The notes under the pieces are model-generated. The model was given only the letters and a program-made list of their open reading frames with translations, ran no database searches and was not told where the DNA came from. Both the position numbers and the translations under genes were made by a program. A stretch of DNA of 40,598 bases from Octopus sinensis (lineage: Eukaryota): assembly GCF_006345805.1 (NCBI RefSeq), contig NW_021835362.1, positions 1-40,598 of the forward strand, read 5' to 3'. Shown here in pieces: positions 1 through 11,900 of the stretch. Numbering within the stretch: the first letter of the stretch is position 1; each line of letters starts with the position of its first letter.

Positions 1-869
1 ATGATCAGATTATATATGTTTGACTGGTCAATATCGAGGGAATACACCAAGGGGCTACAATTTGTAGGAAGAAGAAAACGACTTATCTTAACAATCACTT
101 TCAATTCTTACCCAAAATTCGGATATTACTTGGTAGATAACCCGATTTATTTGCTACAGTTTGGGTTAAGGTCAGTTACTTACTTCTTCCTACAAATTCT
201 AGTCTCTTGGTGTATTCCTTCGATATTGGCCAATCAGTCATATATAATCTGACCATATTCGTTTGTTTCCTTCCACAAAACTAGTAAAAGTGCTGTTCGT
301 TTAATCAGTTCCCCCTTTTTAATTCAGTTTCTCCTTTTAGTACTCAAAAGGAGCATGGGTGTCGAAAATCACTTCACTTTCTCCTTCACACTGAAACCAA
401 AAGTGCTTTCACAAATGAAATTTAAAATATGATGTGTAGTTAGGAGGAAGTCATCGAGAATGATGCTAATTATTAAAAGGATGTTTAAAGTTTGATAAAA
501 TGTGAGATTAAATCACTTTCAATTCTTACCCAAAATTCGGATATTATTCGAATTATTACATGACCTGATACATCAGCTACAGTTTGAGTTAAAGTTATAT
601 ATATAATCTGATCGGATTCACTTATGTTTCCTTCCACAAAATTCGTAATTGTGGTCTGGGCTTATGGCATTTTCCCATTGTAAACCTTGTAGTAGGAATG
701 GAGGTGTCCCCAGTAAGCGTTGCATTATTGTTGTTTGGGTTGAGGACATTATTGTCTTCCTTTCTCCAACAGGAGTAATTGGTCCAGTTTTCTATTTAGG
801 AACTAAGAACATCTGTTTATTATTGAGCTGGTGTTCTGTATCATTGTCATCAAATCTGAGGAGAGAAAA

Positions 870-922
870 AATATTATTATTATTATTATTATTATTGTTA
901 TTATTATTATCATTATTATTAT
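870..922. repeat. (TTA)n microsatellite
   Basis: Run of ttatta units. Confidence 0.9.
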
Positions 923-934
923 ACTCTTTTCTAC

Positions 935-1218
935 TAAAGGTACAAGCCTAGAATTTTGGGGGTGCTATCGACACCAGTATTTGAATGGTACTTAATTTAT
1001 CGAAACCGAATGGATGAAAGGCAAAGTCGACTTCGGCAGAATTTGGACTCAAGACGTGAAGACAGACGAAATACCTATTTCTTTACTACCCACAAGGGGC
1101 TAAACACAGAGAGCACAAACAAGGACAGACAAACGGATTAAGTCGATTATTTCGAGCCCAGTGCGTAACTGGTACTTATATAATCGATCCCGAAAGGATG
1201 AAAGGCAAAGTCGACCCT
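935..1218 (-). mobile_element. tRNA-derived SINE, internally duplicated form, truncated at junction with R4-like LINE
   Basis: Contains gtcgattat...actggtact...atcga...gaaaggatgaaaggcaaagtcgac twice; same motif set and spacer as 38955-39310; reverse complement of the copies at 7910-8095 and 32260-32478. Confidence 0.8.
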
Positions 1219-1935
1219 AAATGCAGATTCTGCGACACATTTGACGAAACGATAGACCATCTCGTTTCGGGATGTCCTGTGCTGACACCAAACGAATACA
1301 AAAATCGCCACGATAGGGTAGGACAGTATATACATTGGAAGATATGTAAACACTACAAATCCGACACTCCTGCTAACTGGTATGAACACCATCCTCAGCC
1401 AGTTGTTGAACGTAAAGATGTCACCATCCTCTGGGATTTTCCAGTCAACACTGACAGAACGATCAAGGCTAATCGACCAGACATAATTGTTAAAGACAGG
1501 GAAGAAAATACCTGCAGACTAATAGAAGTAAGCGTCCCCACTGATAAAAATGTATCTGTCAAGGAATTTGACAAACTTAGTAAATATAAGGACCTGGAAA
1601 TCGAAATACAGAGGATGTGGAATCTTAAAACAAAAACTGTTCCTGTCATTGTAGGTGCCCTAGGTATGATAATAAAGGGATGTCAGAAACACCTAGACAA
1701 TATCCCTGGAAAACCATGTCTCAAGGAAATCCAAAAGATTGTGCTAACAAGTATTGCCCACATCCTTAGAAAAACCCTATCAATGTAAATGTCTGTGTTT
1801 GCATTACATGGAGATATATCTCTACTTCCCCTCCCCAAGCTTTCAGCTATATTTCAACAACTCTTAACCTTCACTTGCCCTAGGGCACTGGGTGTGCCCC
1901 GGCAGGTGATTGCATCAAACATGCAGATTAAAAGT
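1219..1935 (+). mobile_element. 5'-truncated R4/Dong-clade non-LTR retrotransposon (CCHC knuckle + restriction-like endonuclease, 3' UTR)
   Basis: ORF to 1788: CRFCDTFDETIDHLVSGC (CCHC), RHD, ILWDFPV, RPDIIVKDREENTCRLIEVSVP and K..KY.DL, typical of REL-endonuclease LINEs; followed by 3' UTR and (TAA)n tail. Confidence 0.88.
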
Positions 1936-1981
1936 AAATGACAATGATAATAATAATAATAATGATAATAATAATAATAAC

Positions 1982-2056
<75 letters not shown>

Positions 2057-2130
2057 TAATAATAATAATAATAATAATAATAATTGCTATAGTTATTATT
2101 ATCATTATAATAATAAAACAATAACAACAA
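1936..2130. repeat. (TAA)n microsatellite, tail/target of the R4-like element
   Basis: Long taataa run directly after the LINE 3' UTR. Confidence 0.9.
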
Positions 2131-2264
2131 CCATAAAAATGAAGGAAATACTTTTTACTATATTGGTATTCAAAAATTTTGCATATTATATACGAGTATA
2201 TAAGTTATATAGACTAGTAGAAGCAGTAGTGAATTTTTTGTTTTACATTAAGGACATTAGAATC

Positions 2265-3050
2265 ATGTACCATCTCCAGAAGATTGCCTTTAATTTCGCA
2301 GGTATTTGGTACTAACATTTGTTTATGAAATCAAGTGTTTATTTCACAGTAGCAAGAGAAAAAGAAGCCGAACTCGATTAAAGCGGACTGTAATTATTTA
2401 TGAGTATACATTTAATTCTAAGATTAAAACAAAAAAAAATTATTTTATATCAGACTTCGCTAATAAAAAGACAAAAGAATGATTTTTAACTAGCAGCATT
2501 CAATTATTAAACATTCATAATTGGAATGGATAAATAAAATTGAATGTTATGCATTAATAGAATTTTGATCTACGCAAGTTACGTGAGACCACGTGGCAAA
2601 AAATATATGATATGTTGCTTACTCATCCTCTCTCTCTACATCAGTATCTACCTGTTTCATCCTCTGAGAGAGTCGACACAACATTTTCACTGGATCATTT
2701 TAGGCTACAACATTGAATTAAATACCTCAATTTCTACTCATTCCAAGTCATAACACAATAATTATGGGTAAGAAAAGTTTTGTTTTTATATTATGATAAT
2801 TAATTTTATGGGATGTGTATAAGATTACATCATGATCGCCGCAATGAAAAAGCAGCAAGAAGGAAGGTAGCCATATTGGAAATGAACAAGTGAATTAGAA
2901 TTTAATATTTTCTTAAATTTTTCGCATTGTTTTTCGAAACGTACGTATGCATAGAATCCAGTTTTGTAATAAATCTATTTCTGTTTCAACATCTCTCCAT
3001 TTTTTAAAATTTGTTTATCGTATATTCTTATACCTATAACGAATCTCCTC

Positions 3051-3097
<47 letters not shown>

Positions 3098-6000
3098 TGT
3101 ATGTATGTATGTATGTATGTATGTATGTATGTGTGTGTGTGTCTGTCTGTGTGTGTGTCTCTGTCTGTCTGTGTGTGTCTGTGTGTGCGTATTTTCATAT
3201 ATACACCTTATAACTGCTATCCTGTAATAAAATTATTACTTAGAATTAAAAAGTATTACATTTTCCAGTCTTCTGTCAATTGAATGAACTTACAAAGCTT
3301 TAATTGGCCCCGGGACCTTTGTAGAAAGTGCAATAGGGTTGAACACAATATGTCGTTGTAAAGCGAAGTTGCCTCAAAATTGCTCTTCTATTTCTCGTCT
3401 TTCGTTTTCTACTATCGTCCCATCAACCGAACAAATATAAACAAAATATAAAATAATGCTGATCGCCACCATTACTATAAAAAGACGGTATTCTTTCTCT
3501 CCTTGCTTTCCGTTGACACACTGCTGGTACCAAATAAACTTTTTTTTTTGTCAGAGCTTGACTTTAGCATCTGAATGTAATAGTTTGTCGAAGTCGAAAC
3601 ATTTCTAGTATCAAATATTGATGAAATACTAATATCTTCACATTTCCTTCATCATTTTCTCATTTAGATATAAAATATATTTTGTTTGCGATCATTCTAT
3701 TTGCGGCAATACGACTCGCAAATACATCCAAGCAATCAACAACAAATGATGCTGAGTTGGTATTGAAAACCATCGAAATATTATCGGGAGATGGAAACAT
3801 TACTTTCAAAATTTATGTAAGTATTCACTTAATTCTCTAAGATTTAGTCATTTCTGTTTTATTCTATATTATGAAAGGTGCGTGTAAAAACCGTCCCACG
3901 TTTTACAGTTTGACAAATGGAAAAGTAGAAAGTGTACGATGTACACCAATCCAAATTGTGATGATAACTAAAAAAGAAATGATGAACCCTTCCCCTCAAT
4001 TACATAAAGACACAATTATTATCTGTTTAACTTCACTAGCATATTACCGAACCGCTAGGTTTTGAATACGTAAGCAAATGAACACCGATATATATTGACA
4101 TTTCAATGTAGCACCTTCCGTTTTGGCTTGGGGGTCGCTGTTTACGTACATACTAGATAATTTTATCCAGTCTTTATATATCTAAAAACATTATTGTAAC
4201 ATATTCTCCTACAGTGCACACCGAGGTCTATAAACGAATGCTATCAATTTACTCACATTTTGAGAAACGTTCTTCCGTTGCCTCAGATGTACATTCAAGA
4301 GAAAATCCCCATGGACCAGAAGGTATGTCTAAACTATTTTACAGTTAATTCAGATTTTAAAACCTTTCTTACTGACATATTTTGTTTTTAATTTTCTACC
4401 CTGATAGAATGTTACATGTTGATGATAAAATCACATTCATTTTCGGTAGAAATAAATAATAAAATCATTACAAAGCCTTAACGTTTGAAAATTTCGACAA
4501 TCATAAACTTCCAAAGGCGACATACCCTAAGTCGCAATTTCCATGTGTTCACGATAACATTTTACCATTGTGAATCGTGAAAGAATTTTTTTTTTCAAGA
4601 AAAGAAATGAATGACAGAAAACGAAAAACATTGAGGAGCTGAAAGAAATAATGAAATGTAATAACAAGTCGTTTTTGCAAAGCGTTTTAGGTTAAAATGA
4701 GCTGTAATACTTCCAAACTTATAACAGACAAGTTATTTTAAATTATGTGTATGGGGTGATCAAACTTTTAGTCGGTAGATTATAAATCTATTTAAAGGGA
4801 TTATTTTTTCATGATTTAATATTCTATAGAAAATAATAAATTGAAAATATTGACATACAAAACTGTCAATAAATATAAAATATATGAATTCTCTGAAATC
4901 ATCTATCATTACAGATGGCCCTAGTCAACATCTTTCCCAAACTCGGGGAAAACGCCACCGTGATTGAAATCCAAGTGGAAAGAGAAAATGACCGTGTGTG
5001 TGTTCCTGCTAAACTCATAGTAGTGCCGGCTGCCTGTTCTAAGCTTACTGCTGATTCAAAGGCTAAGCGTTATTGCTATTTGAGATTTGTTGAATCCTAT
5101 GTAACTGACCTGAATCTGCTGGTAAGCATCGATATTGCAATCATTTCTTGGTGTCTTCTCTATTGAATATAGTCGTAAGTGGATTGATATGAGTGGTTAT
5201 GAACCTCGCTCTTCAGGTATGAAGAGATAGGTTCGATTCTCTTGCTCAGCACATTGGGAGATGGAAATTATAAGGAAGCTCGATTTAGTGTGTGTGTATA
5301 TATACGAAGTGGTATCAAAAGATTCCAGGACTCGCCATGTTTAATAAAAAGGTAAATTATTTACCTAAGTTTTAACATCGTCTCCATGAAAATAGTCACC
5401 TTGCTCAGCAATACACCGGTCCCAGCATTCCTGCCACTTTGATGTCCAGCCTGGGAGTCGTTTTCTACAGGCGAGTCAAGGACCTTCTGTGATTCGCTCT
5501 AGATCTCGACAACGGTGTTAAAACGGCGACCTTTGAGCTGCGTTTTCATCTTGGGGAAGAGTTGGAAGTCAGCAAGTGCTAAATCTGGCGAATAGGGTGG
5601 GTACGGAAGTGATACCATTTTATTTTTGGCGAGAAACTCACGAGTGAGGAGAGCTTGATGACAGGGAGCATTGTGGTCGTGAAGAATCCAATGTTTCACG
5701 CTCCACAGATCCGGTCTCTCTCGCCGAATGTCCTCCATCAAGCGCTTCCAAACGCCACAATAGAACTCTCGATTGATATATATATATATATATATCCTTT
5801 GCACGCGCGCGCACACGCACATATTCTGTATTTAGCTTACTATTAGTTGGTAGTTATGGAATAAATGTTATCTCTACTATTGCTACTTGTTCATGCATGC
5901 AATGTTGATGTTGTAGGACTCGAATCCCTCAATGCCCATTAATCTTACTTTTTACTTAGTCTGTTCCTCTTATAATAATTTATATTTTTTTCATACATTA

Positions 6001-6870
6001 CAGATACCCTTGGATTCTCGTGACACAGTAGAAGATGAAACGCATTTATTACGAAAAGAAGCCTCAGCTTTTCATCGACTGTGGTCCACTCTAGTGACTT
6101 TTCATGAACTGTTGTCCTCTCTAGTGGATTTTTATGAAAAGTTGTCCACTCTGGTTACTTTACCTCAATTACCGTCCTATCTAGTTACCTTTCATCGACT
6201 GTTGTCAATTCTAGTTACTTTTCATCAACGGTGGTCCACTCAAGTGACTTTTCATGAACTGTTGTCCTCTCTAGTGGATTTTTATGAACAGTTGTCCACT
6301 CTAGTTACTTTACCTCAGCTACCGTCCAATCTAGTTACCTTTCATCGACTGTTGTCAATTCTAGTTACTTTTCATCAACGGTGGTCCACTCAAGTGACTT
6401 TTCCTGAACTGTTGTCCTCTCTAGTGGATTTTTATGAACAGTTGTCCACTCTAGTTACTTTACCTCAGCTACCGTCCAATCTAGTTACCTTTCATCGACT
6501 GTTGTCAATTCTAGTTACTTTTCATCAACGGTGGTCCACTCAAGTGACTTTTCCTGAACTGTTGTCCTCTCTAGTGGATTTTTATGAACAGTTGTCCACT
6601 CTAGTTACTTTACCTCAGCTACCGTCCTATCTAGTTACCTTTCATCGACTGTTGTCAATTCTAGTTACTTTTCATCAACGGTGGTTCACTCAAGTGACTT
6701 TTCCTGAACTGTTGTCCTCTCTAGTGGATTTTTATGAACAGTTGTCCACTCTAGTTACTTTACCTCAGCTACCGTCCTATCTAGTTACCTTTCATCGACT
6801 GTTGTCAATTCTAGTTACTTTTCATCAACTGTGGTCCATTCTAAGAACATTTTTCTCTTCCTTCTGTTAG
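2265..6870 (+). CDS. 5-exon gene for a predicted secreted ~455-aa protein with C-terminal decapeptide repeats (family not recognised)
   Basis: Exons 2265-2301, 3668-3816, 4215-4322, 4915-5121, 6004-6870 all have AG/GT boundaries (donors gtattt, gtaagt, gtatgt, gtaagc) with matching phases 1,0,0,0. Total 1368 nt = 455 aa + stop. N-terminus MYHLQKIAFNFADIKYILFAIILFAAIRLANT resembles a signal peptide; NIT and NAT sequons; AATAAA at 6901-6906. Confidence 0.75.
3052..3190. repeat. Compound (TA)/(TATG)/(TG) microsatellite in intron 1
   Basis: Direct inspection. Confidence 0.9.
5303..5775 (-). mobile_element. Mariner transposon 3' fragment in intron 4
   Basis: Minus-strand WILHDHNAPCH...PYPPYSPDLALADFQLFPKMKTQLKGRRF (second and third catalytic D regions); TIR-like tacgaagtggtatcaaaaag at about 5303. 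Confidence 0.88.
6067..6843 (+). repeat. Coding minisatellite: ~26 x 30-bp monomers in a 150-bp higher-order repeat
   Basis: caagtgactt recurs at 6241, 6391, 6541, 6691 (period 150); monomer consensus cta gtt act ttt cat caa ctg ttg tcc act. Confidence 0.95.
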
Positions 6871-6900
6871 TTTTTAGCTACATCTCCTAGAATTTCGTTA

Positions 6901-6906
6901 AATAAA
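6901..6906 (+). promoter_or_regulatory. Candidate polyadenylation signal
   Basis: AATAAA 30 nt after the stop codon at 6870. Confidence 0.4.
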
Positions 6907-7299
6907 TTACTCGCTTCTCCCCCCCTCTGTTTAAATTCTGACCGTCCCTAAATTCCGACTGACCCTTGTTCGCTGTGCACCCGCCCAAACCAACCCCCAC
7001 CACCAATACCGGATATCTCTCTATTCTCTCCCCTTCCCCCCTCTCTTTATTCCCCTCCCTTGTTCCTATGAAACGAAGTGAAGCAAAAAGCTGCTGCTGT
7101 TGCTGCTGCCATTACTACTGCGATTACCACTGCCTCTGCTACTGCTGATAGTGATATTGCTGCTGCTACTACAACTGCTAACAACCTATTAGAATTTCGT
7201 TAATTCTCCCTAAATTCCGGCTGACCTGTTCGCTGGCCATTTTTATTTTTATTCTGCCACACGATGACGATACGCAAAGCTAAGAATATGTTTGCTCCT

Positions 7300-7700
7300 T
7301 TTTTTCTTTTTTCTCCAAACGTAATGCACTGCACTCCACTGGACTACATCAGCAAGGTCGAGAGAGGAAACCTGACGATTGGGCTACCCAGGACTTTCTT
7401 ATCTATAGCCCAGGCCTGCGCAAAACTGGAGAGGACACTTTAGTGCTGCTGTAAAAAGCTGCAGAAACAACACGGGAGGTAACAGTCACGAGTGATAAGT
7501 CCATTCAGATTGGCGTAAAATATTGGCGCTACGGGTTACCTCTGACGGTGGGAGGGACCTCCGTGTCCTATTGGTTAGCTACTGCCCACCTCAAGCTGAG
7601 CAGCCCCCAGTTAATAAGGTGCTGACCCGCCACAGGCCGCCTGTTTCATTGGGTGCTTGGAGCTAAGAGTATGACTTGAAAAGCGGCCTGAAACCAATTA
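7300..7700 (+). mobile_element. Interspersed repeat, probably the 5' UTR of an RTE-type LINE
   Basis: 7321-7480 is closely similar to 13891-14050 (cagcaaggtcgagagagga...ctgcgcaaaactggagagg); GC-richer than flanks; RTE assignment is from recollection of similar 5' UTRs only. Confidence 0.5.
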
Positions 7701-7909
7701 TTATTATTATTATTATTATTCTATGTTTGACTTTTGCTTTATGTCTGTACAAGTTGGCTCCAAGTCTCACCCAGAGACCTCAAGAGACAACAGGTTGGAA
7801 GTTCAGTGCCATATATTTGGGGTTTTTTTTTATTATTATTATTTTTAAATTTTAAAACTTAAATAAAATTATCATTATCATTATTATTGTATTTGTTGTT
7901 GTTATTGCT

Positions 7910-8095
7910 AAGGTGGTGAGCTGACAGATTCGTTAGCACAGAGGTCAAAATGCTTAGCCGCTTTTCATCCTTCTTTACATTCTGAGGTCGGCCTTGCCTT
8001 TCATCCTTCAGGAGTCGATAAAATAAGTACCAGCTGAGTATTGTGGTTGAGTACTTGTCCCCTCCTCAAAATCCTGGCCTTGTCCCAAAATTGGA
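7910..8095 (+). mobile_element. tRNA-derived SINE, degenerate
   Basis: ggtggtgagctgacagattcgttagc head; gcctttcatccttcaggagtcgataaaataagtaccag body. Confidence 0.75.
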
Positions 8096-8564
8096 AATCA
8101 ATTTTTTTTATCATTATTATTATTATTATTAGTTATCGCCATACTAATATGGCATTCTTATAAAAATAAGAAAAAAGCTGTCCGCTTATTAGCTCCATGA
8201 GGCCATCGCCTTAAGTTAGCTATTTGATACACAAACTGTATCCATATAACAGTGAAGTAAATGTTGCACCTTGTCATGGTAATGGTGGAGAAATGAAGGA
8301 AACTCGAAGAAAACAGGAAGACAGTGAAATTTTGCCAATTTTACGTTGTAAAAGTCGCGGCTACTAAATTCGTATGATTTACGCGATTATCTTAATTATT
8401 GTTATTTTTTTTTGTTCTTGGTTTCTTATCATTATTTTCTTAGACTTAAATGAAACACGGATTCATTATTATTACAATTATAATAATTTTGAAAAATGCA
8501 TTTACAACGCTGTGTAAGTACAAAAGAATTTATTATAAAATTGAATAGTAATTTAATAATAAAG

Positions 8565-8753
8565 ATGAAATACAAATTTGAATAATTTTATCGATTAATT
8601 GAGCAAACATCTGCAAGAAACGCAAGAACATTAGAATTTGAAAAGTAAACTATTGCTACACTGTACAGCTGAGAGAAGGAAACAGTGTATGACTGAGAAA
8701 AGGGATACACAATTGGGATGAGAGAAGGTGTAATTTTAGGCTGTACAAACACA

Positions 8754-8797
<44 letters not shown>

Positions 8798-9075
8798 CAC
8801 ACATTCGTGTTGTGCATAGGTATATGTAAGAGTGATTAGTGAGTTAAAACAACGACGAAACAAAAGGTGGTTAAAAACACATTTGAATAGAAATAGTAAA
8901 TACCTTTATAATTTTATGATAAAGTTTACCATCTTCTGGTACGTATATATATATACACACAAACATATATATATATATATATATATCCTGGCAACATTCC
9001 TCGGAAAGGTAAATCCTTTGTATTTTAGTAATAGGAAATATAAGGCATATCACTACCATTAAATTTGGCTTTAAA
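8565..9075 (+). repeat. Local duplication, copy 1 (partner 10418-10715)
   Basis: tttaataataaagatgaaatac...actattgctaca and aaaacacatttgaa...aaggcata blocks are shared; copy 2 lacks about 200 bp of the middle. Confidence 0.8.
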
Positions 9076-9711
9076 ATGAACCACTTTGTTCATTTTGAAG
9101 AAAGTTTTTCACAATGATAAACTTTTGTTGTTCTTAGTAACCGTTATGATTCTTGTTATAAGCATTCTTGTTTACACATGACAGTTTCTATTGAACGCGA
9201 TTACTTCTCATGGTTATTATCTAACGTAAACAAATTTTCATTGAAATGTTGAGAACCTTACCAACATACCAACAAGTGTCCTGCATGATTTACTCACACA
9301 CACACACACACACCATCAAACATATTCTTCTTTAATATGTATTATTTATAAGCATTCTTTAATATGTATTCTGTGCAAGCATTATTTAATATGTATTCTG
9401 TACAAGCAATGTGTAGCATTGCTTACAAATTGATGTAGTGAAAATAAATCTCTAATTTATTACAAAACAACTTGTGTTTTTATTAATACATCCACACATC
9501 CACTACAAGTGTATACTTTAAGATTATACGTATATTTATGAGTGTGTCTATATGATTGTGTGTACTTGTGTATATGTATATGGTTATATGTGCACAGTTG
9601 CACCTAAACGTTGTATCCATTCACCGTTAGACGATGATGTTTGTTCATGCGTGCAATGTTGATTTTGACTGGTTAGTGTCTTCTTCTTAGAAGGTGCGTG
9701 GCCTAGTCGTT

Positions 9712-9880
9712 AAGATGTGTATGCTTATGATCGCAACATCATGGTTTCGATCCCAAAACTGTGTCCACCAAATTCTAGTTATGCTCAGATGTATTTATAT
9801 ATGTAAGTCTACGTGTGTGTCTTTGTGTCTGTTTCTCTCTCAACACTGCTTTACAACTGATGTTCGTTTATTTACATACT
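9712..9880 (+). mobile_element. Degenerate tRNA-derived SINE remnant
   Basis: gcgtggcctagtcgttaag (A-box-like) and ggtttcgatccc (B-box-like). Confidence 0.5.
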
Positions 9881-10199
9881 TATTTATATACATTGCTATA
9901 GATCCATAATGCATCTTACGGCTGTGCCTATCACCTGTATGGTGATCAATTGTACGTTGGAAGTAGTAACGACTAGTGTACGGTAGCTGACTGCTTTAGC
10001 TTTGCTCTCTTTTACAAACCCAGAGAACATACATATATTTCCTATTTCAAAGAAATTCAAACAATAGATATAAGACCCAAGTTAAAAAGATTCTCAACAA
10101 TTCAACTTCTCTGCTTGGCATTAAGACGCCCATCCTCAATAGGGGCCTTAATTCACACATTTTAGAGCTCCATGACCTCCATTTTTCAGGAGTAAAATC

Positions 10200-10417
10200 C
10201 TTTTAACAGGTTCTATAAGATTGGAATTTTGGAATCTACGCATAAAAATCAGTAGTATGGTATACATGTGTCATGATTACAATTTCTTTATGGTGTGTAA
10301 CTCTCAATTTTGATGAAATTCGAATCATAGGTATTCCAGTTCATTACAGAAAATATAGCAGAAAAGTCTAATTCTTCAATTGCATGTAACACGGACAACG
10401 CCGGATATCTCTGCTAG
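10200..10417 (+). mobile_element. Helitron-like non-autonomous element, 3' end
   Basis: Ends cggacaacgccggatatctctgCTAG|t, matching the 3' end of 20234-20752. Confidence 0.55.
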
Positions 10418-10599
10418 TTTAATAATAAAGATGAAATACAGAATTTGAATAATTTTATCGATGAATTGAGCGAACATCTGCAAGAAACGCAAGAACATTA
10501 GAAATTGAGAAGTAAACTATTGCTACAAAAAATGGTAAAAACACATTTGAAAAGAAAAGTAAATACCTTTATAATTTGTATAAAGTTTACAATGTTCTG

Positions 10600-10641
<42 letters not shown>

Positions 10642-10715
10642 TGTCATATTCTCCAGAAAGATAAATTCTTTTTATTTTGGTAATATAAGGCATAGCCCCA
10701 TCAAATCTGGTTCTT
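10418..10715 (+). repeat. Local duplication, copy 2 (partner 8565-9075)
   Basis: Shares both blocks with copy 1 at 8565-9075. Confidence 0.8.
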
Positions 10716-10845
10716 AATGCTTATCTGTACAGTTATTTATAAACAGGAGTTACAACATCTTTACTTGTGAGATTTTTGCTGCCCTGGTAACTATCTATTT
10801 ATTTTTCCGTGTTAATTGTTAACAAGGTAAAATACACTCATCTTT

Positions 10846-10912
<67 letters not shown>

Positions 10913-10975
10913 GGCCAGACCTCGTGAGCTGAAACTAGAATCAATCAATCAATCAATCATCAATATATATATATT

Positions 10976-11033
<58 letters not shown>

Positions 11034-11344
11034 ATATACAGTGTGTATGTATATACATTATATATATATACATATATGTATATATATACATATATGTATA
11101 TATATATACATATATGTATATATATACATCGAGAGTTACACAAATGCCAGAACTGGGCGCCAGTATATATATATACCAAGTACATGTTTATACACGCAAA
11201 GTTAATCTATCTCTATGACGTAAGATATTAAAATTTCCCTTTCCTTCGCTTTATCTCAGTGATCGACTATGCTTGAATAGTTGCACATTAACTGGTTTCT
11301 CTCCTTTCACTCTCTTAACATGAATTGCAGTGAAGTAGATAACA

Positions 11345-11520
11345 TGTCCGGACAAAGCTGTGTGGTGAAGAAGCTCCCTTTGCATCCGCATGGTTTTAGC
11401 TTCAGTCCCACAACATGGCACCATATGGCAAGTGCCTTCTGTTATATTTCCAGGCCACCCTAAGCCTTGTGAGTGAATTTATTAATAGTACAGAGAAACT
11501 GTGTGGAAGCCTATCTTTTT
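11345..11520 (+). mobile_element. tRNA-derived SINE of a second family
   Basis: gctgtgtggtgaagaagc...ttcagtcccac...ggcaagtgccttctg...aagccttgtgagtgaattt. Confidence 0.7.
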
Positions 11521-11589
11521 GCATCTATCTTGCAATCGCGCATGCATATATATAATAAGCGCTTAAAGAGAATGCCTCTTCTCAGACAC

Positions 11590-11663
11590 AATATATATGT
11601 ATGTGTGTGTGTGTTTATGTGTGTGTGTGTGCGTTTGTGTTTGTGTGTGTATTTGTGTTGTCC

Positions 11664-11718
<55 letters not shown>

Positions 11719-11760
11719 TGTATATTTAATTATATATCTCTATGTATACACATTTATACA

Positions 11761-11808
<48 letters not shown>

Positions 11809-11835
11809 TATATATTGTATATATAGATATATATG

Positions 11836-11897
<62 letters not shown>
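11590..11897. repeat. (TG)/(TA)n microsatellite
   Basis: Direct inspection. Confidence 0.9.

Positions 11898-11900
<3 letters not shown>

Noticed and set aside
1854-2315. Poly-I, poly-N, poly-Y and poly-L ORFs
   Set aside because: They are translations of the (TAA)n tail; only 2265-2301 is used in the gene model.
4408-4422. Extra exon after an AG at 4406-4407
   Set aside because: In-frame TGA after four codons; skipping it keeps the gene frame intact.
6067-6843. CRISPR-like 30-bp periodicity
   Set aside because: There are no unique spacers, the monomers are contiguous, the context is eukaryotic and no cas genes are present.
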